DNA of 64,000 nt from Fibrobacterales bacterium (GTDB taxonomy: Bacteria > Fibrobacterota > Fibrobacteria > Fibrobacterales > JAOPTW01). The notes below the pieces were generated by a model that did not search any database, was not told where the DNA came from, and saw only the letters and a program-made list of their open reading frames with translations. The stretch spans positions 64,001 to 128,000 of the forward strand of contig JAOPTW010000036.1 in the NCBI GenBank assembly GCA_051532035.1, given 5' to 3'. The translations under genes were made by a program, and so were the position numbers. This document shows, piece by piece, positions 29,419 through 39,722 of the stretch (position 1 is the first letter of the stretch; each line of letters begins with the position of its first letter).

Positions 29419-30101
29419 TATATCATATCCCGATTCATCACCCGACCACGATCAAGAATTATACGTCTAAACGTACTATATTCATAGAGACCAGGATTGT
29501 GGGTTGCCATTACTATGGTCGTTCCTTGAGCATTAATATCTTTTAAAATCTCAAACACCTGTTGTGCATTTTCTGGATCTAGGTTACCCGTTGGCTCATC
29601 AGCAACAATAACCGAAGGATTATGTACCATTGCCCGGGCTATTGCAACACGTTGTTGCTCTCCCCCAGAAAGTGCCAAAGGGTGGAGCGATCTTCGGTGA
29701 GTAATCCCAAGGTAATTCATCACCTCATTGACCCGTTCTTTTATCTTATGTGAAGGATAGCCCGTAATGCGAAGGGTAAAAGCAATATTGTCAAATACTG
29801 ACCTATCGGTAAGGAGTTTAAAGTCCTGAAATATAATGCCCAATTTACGGCGAAACTGTTGTACCTGAGAGAGTGATGCATTTTTTGAATCATACACATT
29901 ATCTTGCCCATATGATATAAGCACCTGCCCTCCCTTTGGGTCTGGACGTTCTTGCATATATATATGTTTAAGGAGTGTTGTTTTACCCGCCCCTGAACTT
30001 CCCGTAAGAAAAACAAATTCTCCTTTACTAATCTTTAGAGTGACATCATCAAGGGCTCGATAGCCATCAAACGTCTTACTGACATGTTGAAAATGGATCA
30101 T
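29418..30101 (-). CDS. ftsE: cell division ABC ATPase FtsE
   Basis: [48 protein letters not shown]. Confidence 0.85.
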   Translation of the reverse strand: MIHFQHVSKTFDGYRALDDVTLKISKGEFVFLTGSSGAGKTTLLKHIYMQERPDPKGGQVLISYGQDNVYDSKNASLSQVQQFRRKLGIIFQDFKLLTDRSVFDNIAFTLRITGYPSHKIKERVNEVMNYLGITHRRSLHPLALSGGEQQRVAIARAMVHNPSVIVADEPTGNLDPENAQQVFEILKDINAQGTTIVMATHNPGLYEYSTFRRIILDRGRVMNRDMI

Positions 30102-30847
30102 GGCTTTTGTACCAAAAGATGGATTCTTAGTGACTTACCTGTAGGTTTTTTTAAACTCTGTTCAGAGTATGCCCCTTTAACAATAAAGCCTGCAGCTTTA
30201 CACTGTGCGACAACCTGTTTATATGGGTAGACCTTTTGAATATGATCCTCTTCAATTTTTGCGTAAAGCCCATTCTCTGTTTTAACAAAAAAAATAAAAT
30301 CATTGTGCTGAAGATTATTATTTGGATCATACCAGGAGTTTCTCACATATTCAAAATCACCACAGTCTTCATGAAAAGCATCATCCATAAAATAGGTCTC
30401 AGAATTGTACTCAGTGGTCATATCAAATAGAAAGTGTCCCTCTGGCTCTAAAACACGGTAGACCTCTTTAAACATATCTTCGACCTCATACTCTGTAACC
30501 ATGTAGTTAAAGGCATCATAGAGCATCATGACAAAATCAAAACCGGGTTTAAACGGGAGAGCCCGCATATCGCAACAGGTAGTCTTTAAGGTCGATTTAC
30601 TCCAAGCATTTTGGAGCATCGTTTCAGAAAGATCGGTATAGACCGTATAGGCTTCCGATCCAAAATCGAGAAATCGAGCATGCTGACAAGTGCCAGCACC
30701 AAGCTCAAGAATACGTGTTGGTACAACTTTATGTTTTTTTAATAGTGTTGCAATGTACTGTGACCACTCTGAATAGTCTACGTGGCACATAATCTGGTCG
30801 TACCAAGAGCTTATATGTACATAAGAGTTATACGATTGCGAGCACAT
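30098..30847 (-). CDS. class I SAM-dependent methyltransferase
   Basis: VDYSEW, ILELGAGT, DLSETML, DMR. Confidence 0.85.
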   Translation of the reverse strand: MCSQSYNSYVHISSWYDQIMCHVDYSEWSQYIATLLKKHKVVPTRILELGAGTCQHARFLDFGSEAYTVYTDLSETMLQNAWSKSTLKTTCCDMRALPFKPGFDFVMMLYDAFNYMVTEYEVEDMFKEVYRVLEPEGHFLFDMTTEYNSETYFMDDAFHEDCGDFEYVRNSWYDPNNNLQHNDFIFFVKTENGLYAKIEEDHIQKVYPYKQVVAQCKAAGFIVKGAYSEQSLKKPTGKSLRIHLLVQKP

Positions 30848-30861
30848 CTATGACAACCAGA

Positions 30862-32175
30862 TTAAGGTAATACTAATTTCTTAAGATTCTCATCAAGTAT
30901 ATTTACATAAACCAGACTACGCCATTTCTTCATATACCCTTCAAGTTTTTTCTGAGAAAGATTGTTCATTGTCATCATCTCTAACTGAGGAAAATCATCA
31001 TTAATTGAAAGGGTACGTTCTGCAAGTTGTTGTTCTAAATAGAGCACATTCCAAGTTTCTTCAATAAGGAATGGTTCCGAAACACCTTTTTCTTGAAGCC
31101 CTTGCAGTACCACTGTGAGCGTAGGATCAACCTGAGGTCGTTCAAACCAGCCGAGAAGTCCACCTCTTTTATTCGTTGCATTATCACTTGAATATTTTTG
31201 TGAGAGGTCTGCAAAAGACTCGCCTTTTATTACAAGAGCCGCAATTGAATCAGCCATCGCTTTAACTTTCAAAGTATCTGCACCATTGGGCAACACCCCC
31301 AACAATATATGAGCAGCTTGAATTTCATTATCCTGTCTTTGGAGTACTTTTATAATATGAAACCCTTTTTTAGTATGAACGGGAAATTCAGTATACCGAC
31401 CAATGGGAGTACGAAATGCATAGCGTTCAAATTCTGGGTCATGAGCTCCTTTCTTGAAAAAGCCAAGATCACCACCACTTCCTGAAGTAAAATCCTGAGA
31501 CCAACTATCTGCGAGAGTATCAAATGCGGCCCCTTTGTTAAGTTCACTAATAAGTGAATCAGCAAGTGCACGTACCGAATCGAGTCTCTCTCTATTCGGT
31601 TTGATTTTCATAGTCAGCTTTCTCAATTTCACACAGTTATATTGTTTAGGAAGCTTTTCTTTATTCTCTGTATAAAACTGTTCAACATCTTTAAGAGTGG
31701 GGAGAAGGCGGCCTACATATTTTCCACGCACCTTATTAAGAATTGCCTGTTGAGACAACTGCTCACCGACATACACTCTGAATTTAGACATTGTCATACC
31801 GGTCTCTTGCAGTATTCTTTGTGCCAATTGCGCTTTATTGGGAATATTTACTGCAAGCTTAGCAATATGGTTATCAACCAACTCATTGAGTTCATCTGGC
31901 CCAACCAATAGAGTATCAAGGCGTGCCTTTGCAAGAACTATTTTCTCATCGATCAGCTTATCAAGTACCTTCGCCTTGAGTTCCAAGCCATCAAGAGTGC
32001 TAAAATCGGGAAGACTACTATACTGATAGAGTGCTTCCATAATATCAGATTCGAGAATCACTTTTCCATCAACAACTGCTACAATTCGCTCATAGGATTC
32101 AGCGTTTTTAGCTGCAAGAGCAGGTGCAATCAATGACGCTACAATAAGTGCGAGAGATACAAAGATTTTTTTCAT
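30862..32175 (-). CDS. surA: SurA-like chaperone / parvulin PPIase
   Basis: Signal peptide, RIVAVVDG..ILESD, two parvulin domains (GGDLGF, GGLLGW). Confidence 0.85.
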   Translation of the reverse strand: MKKIFVSLALIVASLIAPALAAKNAESYERIVAVVDGKVILESDIMEALYQYSSLPDFSTLDGLELKAKVLDKLIDEKIVLAKARLDTLLVGPDELNELVDNHIAKLAVNIPNKAQLAQRILQETGMTMSKFRVYVGEQLSQQAILNKVRGKYVGRLLPTLKDVEQFYTENKEKLPKQYNCVKLRKLTMKIKPNRERLDSVRALADSLISELNKGAAFDTLADSWSQDFTSGSGGDLGFFKKGAHDPEFERYAFRTPIGRYTEFPVHTKKGFHIIKVLQRQDNEIQAAHILLGVLPNGADTLKVKAMADSIAALVIKGESFADLSQKYSSDNATNKRGGLLGWFERPQVDPTLTVVLQGLQEKGVSEPFLIEETWNVLYLEQQLAERTLSINDDFPQLEMMTMNNLSQKKLEGYMKKWRSLVYVNILDENLKKLVLP

Positions 32176-32184
32176 AATAGTTCT

Positions 32185-33021
32185 TTATTTTTTTTGAGGA
32201 ATGTTATCAAGGTCCACACTAATGAGCAGTCTGCCTTTTGTGCGTTCAATCATTTGGTTTAACTTATTTTTTAAGGTCTCTTTTTTCATTACCTGGGCAA
32301 TGTCACTTTCAACCTCGTGGTAGAATTTTGTAGCCCCTTCAAGTTCACGTTCTTCGAGGTGCACTACAATCACTTGGTCATCACAGCGGTTTGGTACACT
32401 TGTTGTACCTACACGCATAGAGCTGATAGTTTTTCTTACGCACTCTGGATATTCGCCAATAGACTTATAGTCATTGAGCGTAACAGTAAATCCCTTTTCA
32501 CGACGCACTGATCGTTCCACATCCATATAGGGTGTTTTACTTTTATTGACTCTTCGTTGATCAGTTATACGCTGACGAAGTTTCCAAGAGCCCGTAACTG
32601 TTTGTGTTCCTATAAAGCGAGTTTTATAGACCGCTTCGCTTCGTTTAAATAGGTCACCATTCTCTTTGAAAAAACTCTTGATTTGTTCATCATTAGGTGC
32701 TTCAATCTCTTTGAGAATATCTGCAACAACATTATCCACGAGAATTTTTTTCTCAATTGCCGCTAATTGTTTTTGAAAATACTCTTCTTTATCAAGTTTT
32801 CTTTCAAGAGCAATAGTATATAACACCTCATTATCCATCCACCGATGCACCATATCAAGGTACTGCTCTCTACTCAACAACTCACTATACTCTTTAGGAA
32901 CACGGGCAGTGAGATCATCTTGGGTTAAGACACTTCCGCCTACCTGTGCGACGATACTTTTTGTTTCGGTGTTTTTACACGAAACTACAACAAGTAGAAC
33001 TAGACCGAGGAATATTTTCAT
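32185..33021 (-). CDS. PrsA/PpiC-like lipoprotein foldase
   Basis: Lipobox VVSC, VAQVG..VLT..DL, degenerate rotamase domain; located between mfd and surA. Confidence 0.7.
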   Translation of the reverse strand: MKIFLGLVLLVVVSCKNTETKSIVAQVGGSVLTQDDLTARVPKEYSELLSREQYLDMVHRWMDNEVLYTIALERKLDKEEYFQKQLAAIEKKILVDNVVADILKEIEAPNDEQIKSFFKENGDLFKRSEAVYKTRFIGTQTVTGSWKLRQRITDQRRVNKSKTPYMDVERSVRREKGFTVTLNDYKSIGEYPECVRKTISSMRVGTTSVPNRCDDQVIVVHLEERELEGATKFYHEVESDIAQVMKKETLKNKLNQMIERTKGRLLISVDLDNIPQKK

Positions 33022-33137
33022 TTGGACTCCCAAAATGTGATGAACAGAATATTATGCCGTTCTGCTAGAAAATACTAAATTCCCCAATTTTATTCAATCA
33101 AGGGAACTTTTTAACTCATATTTACACCTGAGAAAAA

Positions 33138-36100
33138 TCATTTTTCAATACCCGCCAGTTTTTTGATAATTTCCAAGGATTGAATACACTTCTCGGCCTC
33201 ATTTTTACCATTCAGGTCAACAACAGCTTGTATCGGCTCTTCATAAATAAGACGAATTGGTCGATTACAACGCTCCATCATCACTGCATATTGCTCAGGC
33301 TTGGGCTTATAGAACTCCGAAAAGGTGAGTACGAGAAGGTGCTTCTCAATTTCAACCTTTTCAACACCAATACTTTTAGCACCAATACGCATCTCCACAG
33401 AGCCCAACAGCATCTCACAGGGGGCAGGTAGGTCGCCATACCGGTCTTGAAACTCGTTTTTTAGACGATATACTTCATCCATAGTTTCGAGTCGGGCTAT
33501 TTTTTGATACAGAGATATTCTCTGAAGCCCATCTTCGACATAAGATTCTGGGATAAATGAATCAACCGAAAGCTCTACCTTCGTAGCAATATCCGGCTCC
33601 TCATGTTCACCCCTGAGCTCATTTACTGCTTCTCGAATCATTTTTACATAGGTTTCGTATCCGAGCTCTGCAATATGACCACTCTGTTGGGTTCCCAACA
33701 AGTTCCCTGCACCTCGAATTTCAAGATCTCTCAGAGCCAACTGGTACCCACTTCCTAGGTCCGTAAACATTTCTAGCGCTTTCAATCTCTTCTGGGCATC
33801 GTCCGAAAGTACCTTATTGTGAGGGGTTATGAGATACGCCCATGCCTTTAGCCCTGAACGCCCTACACGTCCCCGAAGTTGATAGAGCTGTGATACACCA
33901 AAATTATGAGCATTATTAATAATCATTGTATTAGCAGATGGAATATCTAGCCCCGATTCAATGATAGTAGTACTCACCAATACATCAAATTCTCTATTAA
34001 GAAATGCTGCCATTACTTGTTCAAGGTCTGTAGCATTCATCTGTCCATGGCCCACACAGACACGAGCTTCGGGAACCAACTCTTCAATCTCTTCAGCGAT
34101 TTCCATAATAGTACGTACTCGATCATTAACCACAAAGATCTGACCACCGCGATTCATCTCATTATAAATGGCATCACGAATCACTTTTTTATCAAAATGC
34201 ATTACCCGTGTCTCAATAGGGAGGCGATTACGAGGTGGCGTTGAGATAAGTGAGACGTCACGAGCTCCCGCAAGGGAGAGATGAAGGGTTCGCGGTATGG
34301 GAGTTGCACTCATACAGAGAAAGTCAACGGAAAGCTTCAGTTCCATCAAACGCTCTTTCTGCTTTACTCCAAATTTTTGTTCTTCATCGACTATAATAAG
34401 ACCTAAATCTTTAAATGAAACATCTTTAGAGAGCAGGGCATGAGTACCGACAACAATATCAACCCTGCCTGTACTCAATTTTTCATATACTTCTTTTTTC
34501 TCTTTGGTGCTTTTGAAACGGTTAAGAAACTCAATTTCAACCGGCCATGAAGCCAGCCGCTCAACAAAACTATTAAAATGCTGTGTCGCTAAAATGGTGG
34601 TCGGTACCAGTATCGCCACCTGTTTTTTCTCACACACAACTTTAAAGGCAGCGCGCATTGCAACTTCAGTTTTACCAAACCCTACATCGCCACAAACGAG
34701 ACGATCCATCGGCATTGTTTGTTCCAGGTCTTTTTTACAAGCCTCTGAAGCACTCTGTTGATCAGGAGTCGGCTCATATTCAAATGCCTGTTCAAACTCC
34801 ACCTGTAGTGGATTATGAGCAGTAAAGGAGTGCCCTTTTGCCAATTGACGTTTAGCGTAAAGTTCAACAAGCTCCTTTGCAATTTTGACTACTTTCTTTT
34901 TCGTACGCTCTTTTAAACTTGCCCAAGTCTTGGTACCCAACTTATTGAGATTTGGTTCTGGCCCATCTTTAGAGACATACTTCTCTAATTTTTGCAGATC
35001 TTCGACAGGAACCGTTAAGCGATCTTTCCCTGAATATTCAAGAAGGATACAGTCAATATGCCCCCCCTTAATTTCTATTCGCTGAATACCAATATATTTA
35101 CCGATACCATAGTCTTGGTGAATAATACAGTCACCTCGAGTTAGGGCTTCAAATGAGGGAATCGCAACTCCCCCTTTGTATTTCTGTTGCCTTACCTTTC
35201 GACTAAACTTGTTAAATATTTGGTGATCAGTAAACAGTGCCACCTTCTCATCTTCGACGACAAAACCCGAAGAGAGATGCCCTATAAGTACTTCAGAAAA
35301 GGCCATATCTGAGACAAGTTTTTTCAGTCGCTCTGCCTGCCCCTGGTTTGAAGAGACCAAGTAGACCTTATACCCCCGCTCTTGTAATTCAGCAGATGTT
35401 TCATCAAGTTGTTGTATACCTGCAGAACTACGTTGTTGATCCGTAATAGTATATTCAAATGAGTTTTTGCCATTCCATGACAGTCGCGTAAAACAAGCCC
35501 GTGTAGTCGCATGTATCAACGTATCAAGTTCATCTGCAGTATAAAAAAGGTCGGTAGGTTTCGCAGGGAGGTGCCCGCTTTCTAATGCTTCGCTATACCC
35601 TTTTTCTAATTGATCGTGATATGCTTCAACAGCAGATTGTATCTCCCCATTATCAGTATAAAAAAGCGTTAACGCACTTCCCATCACCTCGAAAATTGAA
35701 TGGGTAAGTGGCTGGAAAAAGGATCTCATCCAGTGAATACCCGTAAAATCCCGCTGTTCAATTATCGAAGTCTGTACTGACTCAAGAGTATCAGCCCCAT
35801 CATGAGCCTCCATCATCTGCAATACACCCTCTTCGAGCATATTAGCGGAGTAACAGAACTCCTCCATAGGCATAAGCACCATGCGCTCTTTTTTCCCCCG
35901 TGAGAGCTGGCTGAAAATATCAAATTCACGTATAGACTCTATCTCAGTATCAAGAAATTCAAGTCGCAGTGGATGATCTGCTAAAAAAGGATAAATATCG
36001 ACAATACATCCACGAATAGAAAACTCACCTATATTTTCTACCATAGGCTCTTCGCTAAACCCCATTATCATTAAGGTCTCTCGCAGATCGTCAAATTCAA

Positions 36101-36545
36101 TTTCACCCCCAACAGACAGGGTAACGATAGTAGCTTTTAGCTGTGCAGGGTCGGCCATCTTTTCGAGAGCCGCTTTGAGTGTTGCAACCGCAATAAACGG
36201 TGACGCATCATTGAGTCGATTTAAAAAGTGAAGTCGTGACTCTACAACATTAGTAAAGGGAGTTCTCCACTCGTAGGGATTCAGTTCTAGTTCGGGAACC
36301 CGTACTACTTGTTCATCCCCAACAAACGTACCTAAATCATCAGCGAGAGAGTCTGCACTCCGCACATCAGGGCACAGTACTAACAGACGACGAGGCTTAC
36401 TCGAATAATTTTGCGCAATACACGCTGCTTTTGAAACATCGGTAAAACCCGAGAGGTGAGGAACGAGATCTACTTCAGTACTGGTCTCAATACGGGCAAA
36501 ACTCGGGAAAAGTTTTTCTGATATAACGGTTTGTATCTCTTTCAT
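33138..36545 (-). CDS. mfd: transcription-repair coupling factor
   Basis: CGDVGFGKTEVA, DEEQKFG, SATPIPRT, QLRGRVGR, TRCF C-terminus; ATG at 36545 preferred. Confidence 0.97.
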   Translation of the reverse strand: MKEIQTVISEKLFPSFARIETSTEVDLVPHLSGFTDVSKAACIAQNYSSKPRRLLVLCPDVRSADSLADDLGTFVGDEQVVRVPELELNPYEWRTPFTNVVESRLHFLNRLNDASPFIAVATLKAALEKMADPAQLKATIVTLSVGGEIEFDDLRETLMIMGFSEEPMVENIGEFSIRGCIVDIYPFLADHPLRLEFLDTEIESIREFDIFSQLSRGKKERMVLMPMEEFCYSANMLEEGVLQMMEAHDGADTLESVQTSIIEQRDFTGIHWMRSFFQPLTHSIFEVMGSALTLFYTDNGEIQSAVEAYHDQLEKGYSEALESGHLPAKPTDLFYTADELDTLIHATTRACFTRLSWNGKNSFEYTITDQQRSSAGIQQLDETSAELQERGYKVYLVSSNQGQAERLKKLVSDMAFSEVLIGHLSSGFVVEDEKVALFTDHQIFNKFSRKVRQQKYKGGVAIPSFEALTRGDCIIHQDYGIGKYIGIQRIEIKGGHIDCILLEYSGKDRLTVPVEDLQKLEKYVSKDGPEPNLNKLGTKTWASLKERTKKKVVKIAKELVELYAKRQLAKGHSFTAHNPLQVEFEQAFEYEPTPDQQSASEACKKDLEQTMPMDRLVCGDVGFGKTEVAMRAAFKVVCEKKQVAILVPTTILATQHFNSFVERLASWPVEIEFLNRFKSTKEKKEVYEKLSTGRVDIVVGTHALLSKDVSFKDLGLIIVDEEQKFGVKQKERLMELKLSVDFLCMSATPIPRTLHLSLAGARDVSLISTPPRNRLPIETRVMHFDKKVIRDAIYNEMNRGGQIFVVNDRVRTIMEIAEEIEELVPEARVCVGHGQMNATDLEQVMAAFLNREFDVLVSTTIIESGLDIPSANTMIINNAHNFGVSQLYQLRGRVGRSGLKAWAYLITPHNKVLSDDAQKRLKALEMFTDLGSGYQLALRDLEIRGAGNLLGTQQSGHIAELGYETYVKMIREAVNELRGEHEEPDIATKVELSVDSFIPESYVEDGLQRISLYQKIARLETMDEVYRLKNEFQDRYGDLPAPCEMLLGSVEMRIGAKSIGVEKVEIEKHLLVLTFSEFYKPKPEQYAVMMERCNRPIRLIYEEPIQAVVDLNGKNEAEKCIQSLEIIKKLAGIEK

Positions 36546-36644
36546 AAGGGCAAAATATACCAAAATGAACTTAATAGTGGCCCAGTTCACCCTACTCTTT
36601 CACCAATAGGGCACCTTTTGAGAACTTCTCATTTAATTTTGCCG

Positions 36645-37559
36645 TTATTCTAATATGATGCGGTTCCGACCAGCTTCTTTAGCTTTATACATAAGTATAT
36701 CAGCTCTGTTAATGCAATCATCAATAGCCTCACCCTGCTTATGCTGAACCAAACCTCCACTAATAGTGACCCCAGTTTTTGCCGTATCCAAAGAATGTTC
36801 TTCGAGTGTTCTGCGAATTTTTTCTGCGACCTGAAGTGCACCATCGATATTCGTATGAGGAAATATCAATACAAACTCTTCTCCACCCCATCGTCCTACC
36901 ACATCAGAGTCACGCACTATCCCTTTCATTATGTTTGACACCTCTGAAAGCACCGCATCCCCAGCATTGTGCCCCAAAGAATCGTTGACCCGTTTAAAAA
37001 AGTCCAGATCAATCATCAATACAGAAACATCAGTATTATACCGATCCGCATAGCTAAATGCATCTCGAAAACGTTCAATCATATTGCGTCGATTAAATGT
37101 TTGAGTTAACTCATCTGTAATGGCTAATTGTTGCAACTTTTTATTTGTAAGAAGTAGCTCACGTTTTATCTGTTGCAATTCCAGATGTACTTTAACCCGT
37201 GCCAGTACCTCACGCCGCTCAATCGGCTTAGTCACATAATCAACACCACCTGAATCAAATGCTTTAACGATAGTATGGGTATCAGTACTTGCACTAATGA
37301 AAATTATCGGAATATCTTCGAGACTCTTATTTTTCTTCATCTGCATACTGAGCTCATACCCATTAACTTCAGGCATGTTGATATCGAGCATGACCAAATC
37401 GGGAGGACTTTGATTAGCAATGGAAACTGCATCCTCTGCGCTTAACGCGATGATAACTTGATATCCATTCAATACTAAAATTTTCTTCAAAATCTTAGTA
37501 TTAATAGAGACATCATCGACAACAAGAATCGTTGCATCAAATGGAGCTTCAATTGACAT
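36645..37559 (-). CDS. response regulator diguanylate cyclase (REC-GGDEF)
   Basis: REC domain (VVDD, LDINMP, TKP) plus DLDFFKRVND, RDSD I-site, GGEEF. Confidence 0.93.
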   Translation of the reverse strand: MSIEAPFDATILVVDDVSINTKILKKILVLNGYQVIIALSAEDAVSIANQSPPDLVMLDINMPEVNGYELSMQMKKNKSLEDIPIIFISASTDTHTIVKAFDSGGVDYVTKPIERREVLARVKVHLELQQIKRELLLTNKKLQQLAITDELTQTFNRRNMIERFRDAFSYADRYNTDVSVLMIDLDFFKRVNDSLGHNAGDAVLSEVSNIMKGIVRDSDVVGRWGGEEFVLIFPHTNIDGALQVAEKIRRTLEEHSLDTAKTGVTISGGLVQHKQGEAIDDCINRADILMYKAKEAGRNRIILE

Positions 37560-37654
37560 CGGGTATAAACTCTAAACATATTCAATTTAGTATACCAGAA
37601 TTTCAGTTATGAATCAACACAATTAATGTTAGCTGTAGAAATATGTGAGGGTAC

Positions 37655-37683
37655 AAAAAAAGCCGACTAAAAAGCCGGCTTTT
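37655..37683 (-). terminator. intrinsic terminator directly after tRNA-Lys
   Basis: Minus strand AAAAGCCGGCT-TTTT-AGTCGGCTTTTTTT. Confidence 0.8.
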
Positions 37684-37684
37684 A

Positions 37685-37757
37685 TGAATCAGGAAGGGCT
37701 CGAACCTTCGACCCACGCCTTAAAAGGGCGTTGCTCTACCAACTGAGCTACTAATCC
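37685..37757 (-). tRNA. tRNA-Lys(TTT), CCA not encoded
   Basis: GGATTAGTAGCTCAGTTGGTAGAGCA-ACGCC-CTTTTAA-GGCGT-GGGTC-GAAGG-TTCGAGC-CCTTC-CTGATTC-A folds as a cloverleaf. Confidence 0.95.
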
Positions 37758-37797
37758 AACTTGTCGTTAAACAAGTGCACTTCAGAAGCGCAGAGCA

Positions 37798-37826
37798 AAT
37801 ATACATAGACCGTTTTTATACGTCAA
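37798..37826 (-). promoter_or_regulatory. sigma70 promoter of tRNA-Lys
   Basis: TTGACG-17nt-TATATT followed by a GC-rich discriminator. Confidence 0.75.
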
Positions 37827-38190
37827 CGCTTTTTGTTAAAAAATTTCCATTTTTTATTTTTTTTTTACGAGGCGGTTTTTTTTAGAAATTTTACCTCAAT
37901 GTTACTCCACCTCCCTCCCCCATTCTTTAAAGTATTGCCCTTACTTTGCCTAAAGGGAAAGTCATAGTTCCTCTATAACAAACATCCTTTCATTCGAGGG
38001 CCGCAAGGCTTTTCCATTTTTTAACACGCTCCATTCTATAGATATCGACATTCTCAAGACATATAATCATTATCCTCATAGTAAAGTACCCTACACTGGC
38101 TACTATTATCAGTGCTACATTTTAAACCGTTGATTCCCAGAACACAAAAAAAGCAAACAGCCATCTCTTTAAAATCCTACATTATGTTCT

Positions 38191-39141
38191 ATGAAATATA
38201 TTATATACAACCTACTATTTACTGTCACACTTTTTTCGGCTGATGTAGCAAACACTTTTGACTTTTTAGGTACCCATACCTCTCCACTTTCAAAAGCACT
38301 CAATGGCATCTCTTCCTCATATGTGACCGGTACCCAAGCGCTCGGTGTAACACCGGCAGGCATCCACCTCACTCAAGCATCAGCAGCAGTAGCACTCAGT
38401 GCTCAATTTGGCATTGATGGTGATAAAGCGGTTTCCCTTTCAGGGGTAAAAACTCTCAACAAGCGTTTAACCGGCGGCCTCAGCCTCCACTACACTCAGA
38501 GCTCTTCAATTCAGATGCTTAACAACGCCAACGAACCTATAGGTAAAACCGACCCTTATGATTATATATTTGCAGCACATGGCGCCTATCGTCTCTCTGA
38601 ACGATTTACCCTCGGTGTAAGTGGAAAATACATTGCAGAATATCTCACCGATGCAGAATATGGTACAACAGCACAAGGGCTCGCTCTTGACATTGGTTCG
38701 CGCTATATAGCACTCCCCAACGAGCTCCTTTTTGCAGCAACGCTTATGAACCTTGGTAAACAAATTACTGGGCACACCAAAAATTCAAAAACTGAATCTC
38801 TTAATACTTCCCTCAAATTAGGCGGCTCTTACACCAATCCATCCCTTGAAATCCTGACACTTAACCTTGAAAGTGAATATTTCATCAACAGCCCCTATCG
38901 TATTGGCGCAAGTATAGCTGCCGCAATTCACCCTGCAATAAAAATCTATGTGGGATATGCAGTAGACAACAATTCACTCAAGGCTATGACGAGTAATTAT
39001 GATAATGCAAATCAAGAAACAACCATTGCAACCGGTGGTTTCTCTCTCCTCCTCAGTAGTATTGATATACACTACGCTCTTGAACTCCACCGTTTCTCCT
39101 TAGACCCAACCCATTTTGCAGGACTCAACTGGAGGTTATAA
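38191..39141 (+). CDS. PorV/PorQ (FadL-like) outer-membrane beta-barrel
   Basis: Signal peptide, FL....SP...AL.G, TPAGI, GVSGKYI.E.L, A.GLALDIG, NLG. Confidence 0.7.
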   Translation: MKYIIYNLLFTVTLFSADVANTFDFLGTHTSPLSKALNGISSSYVTGTQALGVTPAGIHLTQASAAVALSAQFGIDGDKAVSLSGVKTLNKRLTGGLSLHYTQSSSIQMLNNANEPIGKTDPYDYIFAAHGAYRLSERFTLGVSGKYIAEYLTDAEYGTTAQGLALDIGSRYIALPNELLFAATLMNLGKQITGHTKNSKTESLNTSLKLGGSYTNPSLEILTLNLESEYFINSPYRIGASIAAAIHPAIKIYVGYAVDNNSLKAMTSNYDNANQETTIATGGFSLLLSSIDIHYALELHRFSLDPTHFAGLNWRL

Positions 39142-39716
39142 TGCCCCACGTACTCTTTCTCGCACTCATAGTACTCTCACTTTCATCGCTTGCTGCAGGC
39201 CCCCGGTCAACCCTTCCTCGCTATATTTTTATTACACAGGAGAGTGCCTACCTCAGAGAAGCACCTCATGAAAACGCCCCTATTAGAGCCGCACTTCCCT
39301 TTGGCACCCGCTTTAAAGTACTATCCAAAACCGAAGAGTGGTATCAGGTATCATCCGACAACATCTATGGGCACATTAGTGAATACGATACTCAGTACTT
39401 AAAACAGATGAACACCAAAACGATACAAAAGCTTAATGCATATCAAAAAATGGATTTCCCCATGGTCGAGATTCAAGATGGCGATACCATTGCACCTCTG
39501 GATACTATTTCGATTGTAGCAATTGCCTCTGATGGACTTGGTGAGATTACGCAACTTGAGTGGAAAATTGGCAATGGTCCCTACGTAAAAACCAAACGAA
39601 CCGATACAACCTTTATCGCCCCGAACAAACCAACTCCTCATCTCCCCGTTATATTACGCGTTCGAGACAATTCTGGACTCTATAGAGCTGATACCGCACA
39701 TTTTACTGTTGAATAA
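39141..39716 (+). CDS. secreted SH3b-domain protein with C-terminal Ig/PKD-like module
   Basis: LREAP..NAPI...LP.G......EWY.V....GHI; C-terminal ASDGLG.I...EWKIG...LRVRD. Confidence 0.7.
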   Translation: MPHVLFLALIVLSLSSLAAGPRSTLPRYIFITQESAYLREAPHENAPIRAALPFGTRFKVLSKTEEWYQVSSDNIYGHISEYDTQYLKQMNTKTIQKLNAYQKMDFPMVEIQDGDTIAPLDTISIVAIASDGLGEITQLEWKIGNGPYVKTKRTDTTFIAPNKPTPHLPVILRVRDNSGLYRADTAHFTVE

Positions 39717-39722
39717 CAGCCC

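Noticed and set aside
37685..38190. tRNA-Lys as an island integration site; c-di-GMP riboswitch near GCC-GCAA-GGC at about 38000
   Set aside because: No duplicated tRNA 3' end or integrase seen; the riboswitch consensus (GGCAAA..GAAA..GACGCAAAG) is not met
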